The notes beneath the pieces were generated by a model. It worked only from the letters and a program-made list of their open reading frames with translations. It did no database searches and was not told where the DNA came from. DNA of 64,000 bases from a virus. Taxonomy: Duplodnaviria; Heunggongvirae; Uroviricota; Caudoviricetes. The stretch is taken from the IMG/VR virus record IMGVR_UViG_3300027804_000053; one strand, 5' to 3'. Below are positions 38,274-48,394 of this stretch, in pieces. Within the stretch, counting starts at the first letter, position 1. Each line of letters opens with the position of its first letter. Both the position numbers and the translations under genes were made by a program.

Positions 38274-38534
38274 ATGAACCAAACAATAAAAATACAACAC
38301 AAGACACTTGGTGTAATTACGGAAGAAACTTTTGTTGACCCAATTCAGTTTAAGATTTTCTTACAAACTATCCATGGATGTCTTTTGTCATCAAGTGATT
38401 TGGATTTTTTCAATGGTACCACCTTCCTTTTACACATCCCTTATGAGGTATTGAAGGAAAGCGTTGTTACCACAAAACATACACCTCAAACACTTACCGA
38501 AAAATTTACCAATAAATCTTTAATTGAATCATGA
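38274..38534 (+). CDS. hypothetical protein
   Basis: ORF track. Confidence 0.35.
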   Translation: MNQTIKIQHKTLGVITEETFVDPIQFKIFLQTIHGCLLSSSDLDFFNGTTFLLHIPYEVLKESVVTTKHTPQTLTEKFTNKSLIES

Positions 38535-38824
38535 TTACTATAGAAAATATCAAGGATTGGTCCCGACCTCACAGACGCTCTTCAGAAGGTAGAAGAACGG
38601 TTATCGGGAATGATTTATTTGATTTCTCAATAGTTGGAGGTGCTAGCGGTCTTTATGGTGATTTCGAAAAAGACTTCGAGGTTGCTGTAATCAATCGTAA
38701 AACCAAAGAGTTTATGACAAACTTCTTTTTTTCTGTGTCCGATGATGTAATTCCTTACATGGAAGGTCATGAGCTTGTGAAATCACTAAATGAAATTCTG
38801 GGAGAAAATTTCCAAGTTAGATAA
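38531..38824 (+). CDS. hypothetical protein
   Basis: ORF track. Start overlaps the upstream stop (ATGA). Confidence 0.4.
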   Translation: MITIENIKDWSRPHRRSSEGRRTVIGNDLFDFSIVGGASGLYGDFEKDFEVAVINRKTKEFMTNFFFSVSDDVIPYMEGHELVKSLNEILGENFQVR

Positions 38825-38856
38825 ACTTGGTGGTGGAGGCGTAAACCAACGCCCTA

Positions 38857-38880
38857 AAGGGACTTCGGTCCCTTTTTTTT
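38857..38880. terminator. bidirectional intrinsic terminator (AAAGGGAC-TTCG-GTCCCTTT plus T8)
   Basis: Canonical GNRA-like TTCG tetraloop hairpin between convergent genes. Confidence 0.65.
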
Positions 38881-39358
38881 ATTCCCACCAAATATAGAAA
38901 CCACAATTTTTGTATACGTACTCACTGGCATTATCTTTGATACCGTCAATTAAGTCGTCCAAATCTCCCCATTCTCCTATACCTACATCATCAATTATCT
39001 CTTGAATTGTTGCATAATACTGAACACCATCCTCGCTTACTGTTAATATTTTTGAATCACCCCATTTACCCTCTGAAATTATACCATTTTCAGTTTCGTT
39101 TTCATCATAGTATTTTGGGTTTATATGGATATAACAAAATTCACCTGAACCCAAATCAACCTTGATACCGTCTTTTCCTGATATCTTTTCGATTGCTTTT
39201 TTACAAAAATCTTCTACGCCATCCCTTCCTATTCCTGTACTCAAATCCCATAAAAAATTATCCAAATTATATCCTACCATGTCAGCCAAAGTCCTCATCT
39301 TTGGATTTGGATAACCATAATTTTTAACAACATTGAGAAATGATTTTACTTCACTCAT
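38879..39358 (-). CDS. hypothetical protein
   Basis: 159 aa. ATG verified. Confidence 0.45.
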   Translation of the reverse strand: MSEVKSFLNVVKNYGYPNPKMRTLADMVGYNLDNFLWDLSTGIGRDGVEDFCKKAIEKISGKDGIKVDLGSGEFCYIHINPKYYDENETENGIISEGKWGDSKILTVSEDGVQYYATIQEIIDDVGIGEWGDLDDLIDGIKDNASEYVYKNCGFYIWWE

Positions 39359-39651
39359 TTAGGATATTTATATATAAATATTTTGACGTGAGTAATTACC
39401 TGATTAATGAAATGCAACTTAAAAGAATTCTCGAGACAATAGAGCTCGAAAAAGAAATGACTTTGGGTAACGCTATGAGAAAGATTGTTTCAGTTCTCAG
39501 AGAAAAAGGTTTTGAAGATGAACAAATTGTTGATTTTATGATTGCACTTCGTCAAGATGACCCGTTCACTAAAATACTTGCGCAAGATTTGGGTAAAGAT
39601 GAAGAATTCCGAAGAGCGGTGGAAAGATTATTGATTCCCGTACAAGTTTAA
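39340..39651 (+). CDS. hypothetical protein
   Basis: ORF track. Internal ATG at about 39412 is an alternative start. Confidence 0.3.
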   Translation: MILLHSFRIFIYKYFDVSNYLINEMQLKRILETIELEKEMTLGNAMRKIVSVLREKGFEDEQIVDFMIALRQDDPFTKILAQDLGKDEEFRRAVERLLIPVQV

Positions 39652-40491
39652 CTCACCTCTAACTCTTGTTGGTATTATTTCAAGTGAATGACTCAAAGTA
39701 AGGTCTGGGATATCAGTCATTGAAACACAGTATAATTTGTATGGTTCTATATCATCATTTGGCTCAATGGAAATGGTTGTTTTATTCAACGTAATTTTAT
39801 CTGACAACTGATTAAACTCATTGTCATCCATAACTGGATAAATTGTTTGTTCTTCTAATTCACATTTATTGTTGAATTGTTTGTCCCAACTACAAACAAA
39901 TAATATTTCTGCATCCTTATGGGTATCACTAACTACCTCACCGTTGCCTTGACACTCGTCACAACTTTCGCGACCATCTCCTGAACAAACTGAACAAGAT
40001 GTTGTACCCTCTCCTCCACAGTCAGGACAAGTTAAGTTCCCTCGTCCACCACACTCATCACAATCTTCTAAAGACCCATCCTCCGTTTCCTCCCTACCAC
40101 TTCCATCACATTCATCACAGGTTATTTCACCATCTCCACTACATTCATAACATTTTTCTTCGCCTCTACCATCACACTCTTGACAATCCACGTTTCCACT
40201 ACCACCACATTCCTCACATTCAACTTCAGTACAATATTCAGACAAAGAAAATAATTTTATGAATTCCAATTCCTCCATTATTTTATCTGCTCCATCAAAA
40301 GAACCTTCTTTTTTAAGAAAGTATGTATAAAGAACTATCTTGAGTAAGTCTACAGGGTCCAAATTAGAAAAATAATCTTCCTGTCTTTTGAAAACTCTGA
40401 CCAAAAGACTATACATATCCTGTGGAGTTTGAATATCACCACGGATGTTGTTTTTTAATTTGGATGCAATTATTTTTGCTTTTTGACTCAT
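39628..40491 (-). CDS. DnaJ-type zinc-finger repeat protein (nine tandem CxxCxGxG units, no J domain)
   Basis: CEECGGSG, CQECDGRG, CYECSGDG, CDECDGSG, CDECGGRG, CPDCGGEG, CSVCSGDG, CDECQGNG and others. ATG at 40491 (MSQKAKIIASKL) preferred over the track's TTG at 40650. Confidence 0.6.
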   Translation of the reverse strand: MSQKAKIIASKLKNNIRGDIQTPQDMYSLLVRVFKRQEDYFSNLDPVDLLKIVLYTYFLKKEGSFDGADKIMEELEFIKLFSLSEYCTEVECEECGGSGNVDCQECDGRGEEKCYECSGDGEITCDECDGSGREETEDGSLEDCDECGGRGNLTCPDCGGEGTTSCSVCSGDGRESCDECQGNGEVVSDTHKDAEILFVCSWDKQFNNKCELEEQTIYPVMDDNEFNQLSDKITLNKTTISIEPNDDIEPYKLYCVSMTDIPDLTLSHSLEIIPTRVRGELNLYGNQ

Positions 40492-40567
40492 CTTAAAAAT
40501 TTCATTTCTTTTAAATAAATACCTTTCTTTTATAGAAGTAAGATTGTATTTTTTTAAAAAAAAGTTT

Positions 40568-40984
40568 ATGAACATAACTGTAACCGTAACCGAAAAAGAA
40601 ATTTTGCAAACATCAAATGATTTTGAATTGGGTGGACTTGTAAGAAACAAATATTGGCAAGAAAGAAGAAATCAAGAGGGTCCTCCTCGTGATGATGAAC
40701 ACTTTTTCTTGAACATCGGGGATGATGGTTTGGTTAAATCAATCGGTAGACCGTGGGTTTGTTCCATCTGTGGAAAAGATACAAGTGGTGTTGACTCAGA
40801 TTACTTGGCAGGATGGGACCACATAGGGTGTCGTATAAGTGAAGAAATTAAAACAGAAGATGAGTTTGACAAATGTGTTATCTGTGGAAAAGAAACTCCT
40901 TACAAACGCTCCACACATATTGATATGAGAATTGGTTACGTAGAAGGGTCAGGACAGGTTTGTCATGAATGTTATAACAAATAA
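40568..40984 (+). CDS. Cys-rich zinc-ribbon protein
   Basis: CSICGKD...GCRI and CVICGKE...CHECYNK pairs. ATG at 40568. Confidence 0.4.
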   Translation: MNITVTVTEKEILQTSNDFELGGLVRNKYWQERRNQEGPPRDDEHFFLNIGDDGLVKSIGRPWVCSICGKDTSGVDSDYLAGWDHIGCRISEEIKTEDEFDKCVICGKETPYKRSTHIDMRIGYVEGSGQVCHECYNK

Positions 40985-41147
40985 AATTCAATTTATGAAA
41001 ATAGTTAATCCAAAAGAACACGTTACAGCTCTATTAGCTGAAATAGAAGTACTTAAATCAAGACTAGAACCACATGACACTGGTCACCTTCACACAACAA
41101 TCAACGTGCTTGAAGAAAGAGTAAAAGAAATTATTAATTCATTGTGA
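40965..41147 (+). CDS. hypothetical small protein
   Basis: ORF track. Confidence 0.3.
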   Translation: MNVITNKIQFMKIVNPKEHVTALLAEIEVLKSRLEPHDTGHLHTTINVLEERVKEIINSL

Positions 41148-41153
41148 TAAATA

Positions 41154-41753
41154 ATGAATGTCAATTTTCACGAATCCTACAACGTTTCCGAAAAATATAA
41201 ATCATTGGTTTGGTTACCTGAAAGAACAGGTTCGCGTACATCTGCGAAGTTTCTAACAAATTATGGTTTCGAACGCGGAGAAGTTCCACTTATCAACGGT
41301 AAATGGTGGGTATACACTCATTATTGTGGAATGAATGAAAGATTCAACGACTATACTTTGATATCCACCGCTAGAAATCCATATTCGAGGGTACTTTCCA
41401 TCTATCTTTCTCTTACAGGTTTTCCTCCTGAATATAAAGGGAATACAAAAGAGACTTTCAGGGAATATCTCAAATGGGTTCAAAATCAGGATTACGATGA
41501 CCTCACTAAGGCATACATAACGAATCCAAGGTTAAAAGTTAGACCAAATTATTTATTGAAACTTGAAAATTTACTTGAGGATTATATGAAATTACCCTTC
41601 ATCCTTGATGTTTTCACGTTTGATGAGATTACTGAAAAACTTAAACATAAGAAACCACCTTATGATTGGGAACCTTATTATGATGAACACATGAAAAATA
41701 TCGTTTACGATTTATGTGCTCATCATTTTGAGATTTGGGGTTATGAAAAATAA
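41154..41753 (+). CDS. sulfotransferase-family protein (paralog A)
   Basis: WLPERTGSRTS is the 5'-PSB-like motif (PKTGTT-type). TARNPYSRVLS is the 3'-PB-like motif (RxxxxxxxS). Paralog of ORF 52087, with the same order and spacing of motifs and a similar C-terminal W/FGY(E/D) end. Confidence 0.55.
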   Translation: MNVNFHESYNVSEKYKSLVWLPERTGSRTSAKFLTNYGFERGEVPLINGKWWVYTHYCGMNERFNDYTLISTARNPYSRVLSIYLSLTGFPPEYKGNTKETFREYLKWVQNQDYDDLTKAYITNPRLKVRPNYLLKLENLLEDYMKLPFILDVFTFDEITEKLKHKKPPYDWEPYYDEHMKNIVYDLCAHHFEIWGYEK

Positions 41754-41814
41754 TTAAAGTTTTTTTTGTTGGTATTTCGGAAACTCATATTTTTGTGTAA
41801 CAAAACACAAAACC

Positions 41815-42303
41815 ATGACAACTACCAACACTCTTCCCGCAGTTAAAGTAAACACAGATTCATTAGCAGGAGACGTTTTCTACGGCTCCTTTGATACAGT
41901 CGTCAACGGTAAGAAAACCTCAATTATGGTTTCAAACCACATTAAAGATGTTAACAATACTTACAATTTTCGTTCCGCAGCTAAATGTAAAGCCGGCTTT
42001 GTCAACATCAGCGAGTTCAAGAGCACTCCAGTCGGAGCGATTTCAAACTGGCAAAAGAACGCTCTTGTTACCCTTCAAGTGGAAGTTGTATTTGAGAGTG
42101 GAAAATCAAGTTGGTTCAACGTTTTTACAACAAAGGGTGGGAAGTGGTACTCAATCGACCGTAGTTTCTTGGAAGTTCTTACTGTGGGAGCTATGAGACA
42201 ATCTTTCCCAAACATGTGTGATATGAAACTTTGGGAGTTGGTTGGTGCCAAAACCTGGGCAGATAACGCATTCAAAAAAAAAATAAGTACCCATGAACAA
42301 TAA
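41815..42303 (+). CDS. hypothetical protein
   Basis: ORF track. Confidence 0.4.
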   Translation: MTTTNTLPAVKVNTDSLAGDVFYGSFDTVVNGKKTSIMVSNHIKDVNNTYNFRSAAKCKAGFVNISEFKSTPVGAISNWQKNALVTLQVEVVFESGKSSWFNVFTTKGGKWYSIDRSFLEVLTVGAMRQSFPNMCDMKLWELVGAKTWADNAFKKKISTHEQ

Positions 42304-42748
42304 TCAGCTCGAAAATATTAAAGAGACCTTGAAAGACTTCAAGGCTCTTTTACCTCGTTATAAAACAGTAGAAAAAGATATTTTTTTACTGAAAAAGTTT
42401 TGTTCGAGAAACAGAAATCCATTATTCGATATATCCCAAAACGCATTTTTTGAGACTGGATTGAAGTCTCATAATGCCAAAAGTTCATCCAAAACGGTGA
42501 AAGACCATTACATTCAGAGAGCCAAAGCAATAAAATTGGTATTTGAGGAGTTAAAGAAAGAACCTCAAATGGATACAAAAAAATTCATTTTTTTATTAAA
42601 AAAATATTGCTCCACTGTTGAACTTACCAAAGATGAACACACAAAAGTCACACAATTTGCCAAAAAGAATCCCAATTATATAAATTATGAAAGCTATCTG
42701 GCTTGTGGTATTGAGGTTTCAGGGTTATCTGAATTGATTCTATCTTAA
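42293..42748 (+). CDS. hypothetical protein
   Basis: ORF track. Internal duplication: two KKF(C/I)...-containing halves. Confidence 0.4.
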   Translation: MNNNQLENIKETLKDFKALLPRYKTVEKDIFLLKKFCSRNRNPLFDISQNAFFETGLKSHNAKSSSKTVKDHYIQRAKAIKLVFEELKKEPQMDTKKFIFLLKKYCSTVELTKDEHTKVTQFAKKNPNYINYESYLACGIEVSGLSELILS

Positions 42749-42761
42749 GATATTTATATAC

Positions 42762-43229
42762 ATGAAGTATCTTGTAAATAATGGACAATTTCAACGATTG
42801 ATGGAACAAGGTGAGTTAAAACTCAAAAGAAAAAGAAGAACTTCTGCACAGATAGAAAAAGAAAGACTCGAATGGGAAGAAAGATTCAAGAAGAAGTACA
42901 CTGAAATTAAAAACAGACTTCAGAAAGAAATCAACCAAATAATAATACCTCTATTTAATCAAGGGGACTATGAAATAAAAATTATTTCCGCAGAGATTGA
43001 AGATATGCAACTGAATGTGGGGTCTAACATTGCAAATATCTATCTCTTCATAAAGTTTACTTCTAAAGACAAGGAGACCGAGAATAATTTCAGAAAAAAA
43101 GGTTTTTATCCTTATTTTTTATTATCCCCCTTTTATAGTTTAGTTCGTAAAAAATTAAGAGAAGTTTACAATCAAAGAGTTGGGGTTTCACAAGAACAAA
43201 TGAATTATAAAATCATACCCTTTTCATAA
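42762..43229 (+). CDS. hypothetical protein
   Basis: ORF track. Confidence 0.4.
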   Translation: MKYLVNNGQFQRLMEQGELKLKRKRRTSAQIEKERLEWEERFKKKYTEIKNRLQKEINQIIIPLFNQGDYEIKIISAEIEDMQLNVGSNIANIYLFIKFTSKDKETENNFRKKGFYPYFLLSPFYSLVRKKLREVYNQRVGVSQEQMNYKIIPFS

Positions 43230-43283
43230 TTTTTTTTTGGTAATCAAAAAATCATTATCTTTGTATTCACAAAAACATCCACC

Positions 43284-44036
43284 ATGTCTATCGAAACCAT
43301 CCAAAAGGTCCGTAACTACCAAGGACAGAGTAACTTTTTGAACAACCTTAAAAGTAACCTTCAGAAGTATGGTTCACTTACTCCGAAACAAATCGAAGCG
43401 GCACAAAAAAGTTTGAACTCCGAGGTCAAAACCATCGACCTTGAAAACCTCCCCGAAGACCTCAAAAAGATTTTGAACTACACTGGTGAAAACAAGTTCA
43501 TTAAGGACATTTCCGAAAAGTTGAAAAAGTATGGAACTCTCACCGATAAACAAAAATTGGTCGTGTCTCAAGCCATTCAGAAAGAAGAGGATAAAAATAA
43601 ATCAATGTTGGTTCATTGGGCAACTCCTGGCCAAACAATCCAATTAGGAAGAAAGGTTGGACAAGAACTCAAAGAAAAATACAATTTAGATTTCAATCCA
43701 ATTGTTCTCGATATTACAGAGATTATTGAGGTTCGTCCCAAAGCAATTAAGTTCAAAGCTAAGATGACCATCTCTCGTGGTAATGTTTGTACAATCTGTA
43801 ACAAGACTTTGACTGATGAGTTCTCAATGCTTACAAACATGGGTAAGATTTGTGCAGGTCACATGAAAGTTGAATACATCACTGACGCCTCTCAAGCGGA
43901 ATCTTTCCGTGAGAGATATCTGAAAAGAATTGATGAGATTGGAGAAATGGAAGTTTGGGCTCCGAAAGCCTCCATCAAAAAATGGGAAGGTGGTAAATCA
44001 AGAATTCACAAAGAAGCGATTGAATCGCTATACTAA
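43284..44036 (+). CDS. hypothetical protein with internal ~45-aa duplication and C-terminal Cys cluster
   Basis: FLNNLKSNLQKYGSLTPKQIEAAQK and FIKDISEKLKKYGTLTDKQKLVVSQA repeat. CTICNK...CAGH. Confidence 0.45.
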   Translation: MSIETIQKVRNYQGQSNFLNNLKSNLQKYGSLTPKQIEAAQKSLNSEVKTIDLENLPEDLKKILNYTGENKFIKDISEKLKKYGTLTDKQKLVVSQAIQKEEDKNKSMLVHWATPGQTIQLGRKVGQELKEKYNLDFNPIVLDITEIIEVRPKAIKFKAKMTISRGNVCTICNKTLTDEFSMLTNMGKICAGHMKVEYITDASQAESFRERYLKRIDEIGEMEVWAPKASIKKWEGGKSRIHKEAIESLY

Positions 44037-44040
44037 TCTG

Positions 44041-44079
44041 AACCCCGAGTTGACTAGCTCGGGGTTAATTTTTATTTTT
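44041..44079 (+). terminator. intrinsic terminator (AACCCCGAG-ttgactag-CTCGGGGTT plus T-run)
   Basis: 9-bp GC-rich stem followed by TAATTTTTATTTTT. Confidence 0.6.
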
Positions 44080-44084
44080 CCACT

Positions 44085-44420
44085 ATGAAGAGAGAATTGG
44101 TTTCAGAAGAATCAATGATTAATGATATTTTGGAGAATTTTGATTGGGAAAAGTGTGTAAAAACAATGAGGGCTCTTAACTGGACTTGGGCTCTTGTTGG
44201 TTTTCCTCAAATTCACAATTTGAAAGAAACGGCGAAACATCTCCTTAATAGTTCTATCCAAGGTGTTAAAGAAAAAGATATAAATTTTCACTCATCATAT
44301 TTCAGTGCCACAGGAGGACTAAAGGCAACAGCTTGGAAAAATAGGTTCGGACAAGTGGTTGGTATTAACTTAGAATTTGTTGTTACTGATTGGGAAAGTG
44401 ATGGAGATTATCACGAGTAA
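44085..44420 (+). CDS. hypothetical protein
   Basis: ORF track. Confidence 0.4.
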   Translation: MKRELVSEESMINDILENFDWEKCVKTMRALNWTWALVGFPQIHNLKETAKHLLNSSIQGVKEKDINFHSSYFSATGGLKATAWKNRFGQVVGINLEFVVTDWESDGDYHE

Positions 44421-44459
44421 GATTTACAATAGTTTTATTGATTTTATACTTGTGTTTGT

Positions 44460-45707
44460 ATGATTACAAAAAAGCCAAGTGCAATCATCTACGGATGGTA
44501 CAAATTAGGTGAAGAAGTTTTAGAAAGTAACATCTATACCGAAGAGGGTTTATGGGATGAAGTTATGGTTTTTTCTTTACCGGACTCATCGAGTTGGTTA
44601 GAAGATTACACCAAATATAGACCAGACCTAATAATTTCGTTCGGTAAAAAAATAGATTTACCACATTATCAATTACAAAGAATACATTCACATTTTGATG
44701 AACCTCTTAATGATTATGAACTTGCAAATGAAATAGTGAAAAACGCGGTTTATAAATCTTGTGAAGTTCAAAGACCAAGGTTTTCAATTTTTACTCCTGT
44801 TTACAAAACAGGTGAAAGAATTAAAAGAACCTATAAAAGTCTTCAAAATCAAAAATGGACTAATTGGGAATGGGTTGTTGTTGACGACTCTCCTGATGAG
44901 GAAACTTGGAAATTACTCGTTGAAATCTCAAAAAAAGATTATAGAGTAAAGCTTCATAGAATTTATCCCACTTCGGGTGGAATTGTTGGATTAGCTAAGA
45001 ACAGAGCGGCTTCTCTCAGTGATGGAGACTGGTTGGTTGAATTAGACCATGATGATTATTTGACAAGTGATTGTTTATCAACTTGTAATGCTGCAATAGA
45101 AAAACATCCTGATTCTGGGTTTTTATATTCAGACGTCGCTGAGCTTTACGATGATGGTGAAATGAAACATTATGACCATGATTGGACAGGAAATTGGTAT
45201 GCCCGCCACGACAACTATTTTGATTTCGGTTATGCGGGACATAGTTGGGTGAAAGTAGACGGAACGGATATATTGGCTCATTGGTATCCAGATATCAATC
45301 CTTTATCTATTAGATTCAATATTTCAATGCCGAACCATGTAAGGATGTGGGAAAGGAATTTCTATCATTCAATCGGAGGTCATAACAAGACAACGCCCGT
45401 TGCTGATGACTTTGAAATTATTATAAGAAGTTTTCTTCATACAAGAATTATACACGTAAAAAAATGCTTGTACTTACAATACAACAATAGAAATAGCACA
45501 GTTGATAATAATGCAACAGATATAAACCGAAGAGCCCGTCTCATAAGAGATTATTATGATGAGGCAATTCATAACCGTATACTTGAGCTTGGGTTCAAAG
45601 ATTGGAATTGGGATGAAGAAACAAAACATTCACAAAGATTTCAAAACAGAGTTCCCATTAGAAAGTATTACAAAGAAGAAGAAGTAATGAACTACATTTA
45701 TGAGTAA
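44460..45707 (+). CDS. glycosyltransferase family 2
   Basis: FSIFTPVYKTGERIKRTYKSLQNQKWTNWEWVVVDDSPDE is the GT2 N-terminal signature with a DxD-type VVDD. Confidence 0.6.
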   Translation: MITKKPSAIIYGWYKLGEEVLESNIYTEEGLWDEVMVFSLPDSSSWLEDYTKYRPDLIISFGKKIDLPHYQLQRIHSHFDEPLNDYELANEIVKNAVYKSCEVQRPRFSIFTPVYKTGERIKRTYKSLQNQKWTNWEWVVVDDSPDEETWKLLVEISKKDYRVKLHRIYPTSGGIVGLAKNRAASLSDGDWLVELDHDDYLTSDCLSTCNAAIEKHPDSGFLYSDVAELYDDGEMKHYDHDWTGNWYARHDNYFDFGYAGHSWVKVDGTDILAHWYPDINPLSIRFNISMPNHVRMWERNFYHSIGGHNKTTPVADDFEIIIRSFLHTRIIHVKKCLYLQYNNRNSTVDNNATDINRRARLIRDYYDEAIHNRILELGFKDWNWDEETKHSQRFQNRVPIRKYYKEEEVMNYIYE

Positions 45708-46851
45708 GAAAACAAAAATTTGTTTGAATGCAATGGTTGGAAATGAGTCCAAAACCATTTTGAGGATGTTAGAATCCGCTGAACCGTACATTGACTATTG
45801 GGTTATCCAATGTAATGGAAATGACAACACAGAAAAAATTATTCAAGATTTTTTCAATAGTAAAAACAAACCTGGTTTTACTTATCAAATTGAATGGAAT
45901 TTTCCTGGTTGGAATAGAGACCACACCTTACAAACATGTTTGAAGTCTGACCATGGATGTGATTGGATTCTAAGAATGGACGCTGACGAAAGGTTACACG
46001 TTGACCCTGATTTTGATTGGAGTGTCTTGGAAGATACATCAATAGACAGTTTCAACATGGTTGCTCAGAATGGTGAACTAAGATATCTCAGAACTTGGTT
46101 TTGGAATGCTAAAAGACCATGGTTCTTCCAACACGATAAACGTCATGAAACAATTCATCTTCCCGAAATTGGTGAAGGATTTGTAAGAATTACAATGCCG
46201 AGTGGTTTTAGGCATCTTGTATCTCAGGACGGTGAAACATGGGCTGCACCGAGAAAGTTTCTCAAAGATGCGTTGGAACTTGAAATGGACAAGGTGGTTG
46301 GTAACACCGTCCTTGAGGACCCTTATCATTTGTGGTATATTGCAAAAAGTTACTCTGATTGTTACGGAGACTTTTCACAACTTCCTTTCGGAAAAAAACA
46401 CGCTGACGAATATGCTAGAAGAAGTGTTTGGTATTACGATAGATGGTTCGAATATAATTTCCAATGGGATATTACCAAAAGTGTAACAAGACTTGATGAA
46501 ATGGGATATTTCGCACTAATAATGATGGCTCACGCGTATGAATTTATGGGTGAAATTGAAAAATCCCTCCAATACATGAATAAAGCTGGAGAGTTCGCAC
46601 CCAACAGAAATGAACACTTAATATATGCAAATTTCATTTTGGAAAAATTAGAGAGATTTGATGAGATATTGAAAAATATTGAATATATGGTTCAACCTGA
46701 AAGAAAAAATCCTTTCCCTAACTCTTCTTTCTTAATTGAGGATAGAGCTTATGCGAACACAAGTAATTATTTGTTTGAATATAGAGAAAAAATAATTAAA
46801 AGGATGGAAACTCCTATCATAGATAATTCAAGTTTCAAATTCGAATTCTAA
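45700..46851 (+). CDS. glycosyltransferase-like protein (GT-A fold, tentative)
   Basis: ICLNAMVGNESKTILRMLESAEPYIDYWVIQCNGNDNT resembles a GT2/SpsA-like N-terminus. Overlaps the upstream stop. Sits between GT2 and glf. Confidence 0.4.
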   Translation: MSKKTKICLNAMVGNESKTILRMLESAEPYIDYWVIQCNGNDNTEKIIQDFFNSKNKPGFTYQIEWNFPGWNRDHTLQTCLKSDHGCDWILRMDADERLHVDPDFDWSVLEDTSIDSFNMVAQNGELRYLRTWFWNAKRPWFFQHDKRHETIHLPEIGEGFVRITMPSGFRHLVSQDGETWAAPRKFLKDALELEMDKVVGNTVLEDPYHLWYIAKSYSDCYGDFSQLPFGKKHADEYARRSVWYYDRWFEYNFQWDITKSVTRLDEMGYFALIMMAHAYEFMGEIEKSLQYMNKAGEFAPNRNEHLIYANFILEKLERFDEILKNIEYMVQPERKNPFPNSSFLIEDRAYANTSNYLFEYREKIIKRMETPIIDNSSFKFEF

Positions 46852-47943
46852 ATGTATGATTTTTTGATAGTCGGAGCGGGCCCTTTTGGGTCCGTTTGCG
46901 CATATGAACTGAACAAGGCGGGAAAAAAATGTTTGGTCATAGATAAAAGAAATCATATCGCGGGAAATTGTTATACCTCAAACCAAAATGGAATACACGT
47001 TCATCAATACGGTGCTCATATCTTTCATACCAACGATGACAAAATATGGAATTACGTAAACCAATTCGCTTACTTCAAACAGTATTGTCATAATGTAATT
47101 GCAAATTATAAAGGTCAAATGTTCACCTTACCATTCAATATGTGGACATTCAATCAACTTTGGGGTGTAAATTCTCCTGAAGAGGCCAGTCAAATTATAA
47201 AAGGCCAGTCTTTTTCAGGTAAAATTACTAATTTGAAAGAACAGGCAATCTCAATGGTGGGTTTTGACATCTTCGAAAAATTAATAAGAGGTTACACTGA
47301 AAAACAATGGAACACCTCTTGTGAAAATTTACCACCATCAATAATTAAAAGATTACCTGTAAGATATACTTGGGACTCAAATTATTTTGATGACAAATAC
47401 ACAGGTATACCTGTTGGAGGATATACTCAAATCTTTGAAAAAATGTTAGAGGGAGTTGAGGTAAGAACTTCCACAGATTACTTCGAGAACAAAGAATACT
47501 TCGACCAAATTGCTGATAAAATAATTTACACTGGACCCATCGACAAATTCTACAATTACGAATTTGGAAAATTAGGCTACAGGAGTTTGGAATGGTCTAC
47601 TCACACTTTAGAAACTGATAATCATCAAGGTGTACCTGTTGTCAATTATACTGACGAAGAAACACCATATACTAGAATACTTGAACACAAATGGTTTGAC
47701 TACCAAAAACAAAAGGGCACAATCGTAAGTTATGAATATCCAACAAACTATACTGGTCGTAATGAACCCTTTTATCCTATAAGAGATGAGGAAAATACAA
47801 AAATCTATCTCAAATATGAAAATCTTGCAAACAATGAAACCAAATTCATATTCGGTGGACGTTTAGCAAGATACGTTTATTACGACATGCACCAAATCAT
47901 TGCACAGGCGTTGAAAAAAACAGAAGAACTTCTACAGAACTAA
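46852..47943 (+). CDS. glf: UDP-galactopyranose mutase
   Basis: YDFLIVGAGPFGSVCAYEL (FAD-binding GxGxxG). HQYGAHIFHT. 363-aa length and overall pattern typical of Glf. Confidence 0.7.
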   Translation: MYDFLIVGAGPFGSVCAYELNKAGKKCLVIDKRNHIAGNCYTSNQNGIHVHQYGAHIFHTNDDKIWNYVNQFAYFKQYCHNVIANYKGQMFTLPFNMWTFNQLWGVNSPEEASQIIKGQSFSGKITNLKEQAISMVGFDIFEKLIRGYTEKQWNTSCENLPPSIIKRLPVRYTWDSNYFDDKYTGIPVGGYTQIFEKMLEGVEVRTSTDYFENKEYFDQIADKIIYTGPIDKFYNYEFGKLGYRSLEWSTHTLETDNHQGVPVVNYTDEETPYTRILEHKWFDYQKQKGTIVSYEYPTNYTGRNEPFYPIRDEENTKIYLKYENLANNETKFIFGGRLARYVYYDMHQIIAQALKKTEELLQN

Positions 47944-47954
47944 TATTTATAGTT

Positions 47955-48365
47955 ATGAAACTGAAGTTGAAGAATACAAAAAATTATTTTTCCGACTTGG
48001 AAAAAAAAACATTGGAAGACTTTTCCAAATTTTTACAAAAACAACTCCCACTAAATAAAGAAACTCACATCTCTTTCGAGAAAAATAGGCTTGAAGGGAA
48101 CATGACAACAGGTGTTCGGTTACCGAAAAACAACATTCATATATTGGCTAAAGACAGACTATTGATTGATATCTTAAGAACTTTATCACACGAGTGGGTT
48201 CATGAGTTTCAACATCAGAAATTAGGTTTGAAGGACACCACTGAAATTCAAAACATCGGTGGACCCGAGGAGAACATGGCAAATGTTCTTTCAGGTATAT
48301 TTCTGAAACAATTCATTAAAGATTTTCCTCAACACAAAGCAGCCGTCTTCGGAGAACTTGACTAA
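47955..48365 (+). CDS. small putative metallopeptidase-like protein (HExxH)
   Basis: LSHEWVHEFQH contains HEWVH plus an additional His. Confidence 0.35.
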   Translation: MKLKLKNTKNYFSDLEKKTLEDFSKFLQKQLPLNKETHISFEKNRLEGNMTTGVRLPKNNIHILAKDRLLIDILRTLSHEWVHEFQHQKLGLKDTTEIQNIGGPEENMANVLSGIFLKQFIKDFPQHKAAVFGELD

Positions 48366-48394
48366 AACTAGTTACTCACTTATTTTCAAGAAAT

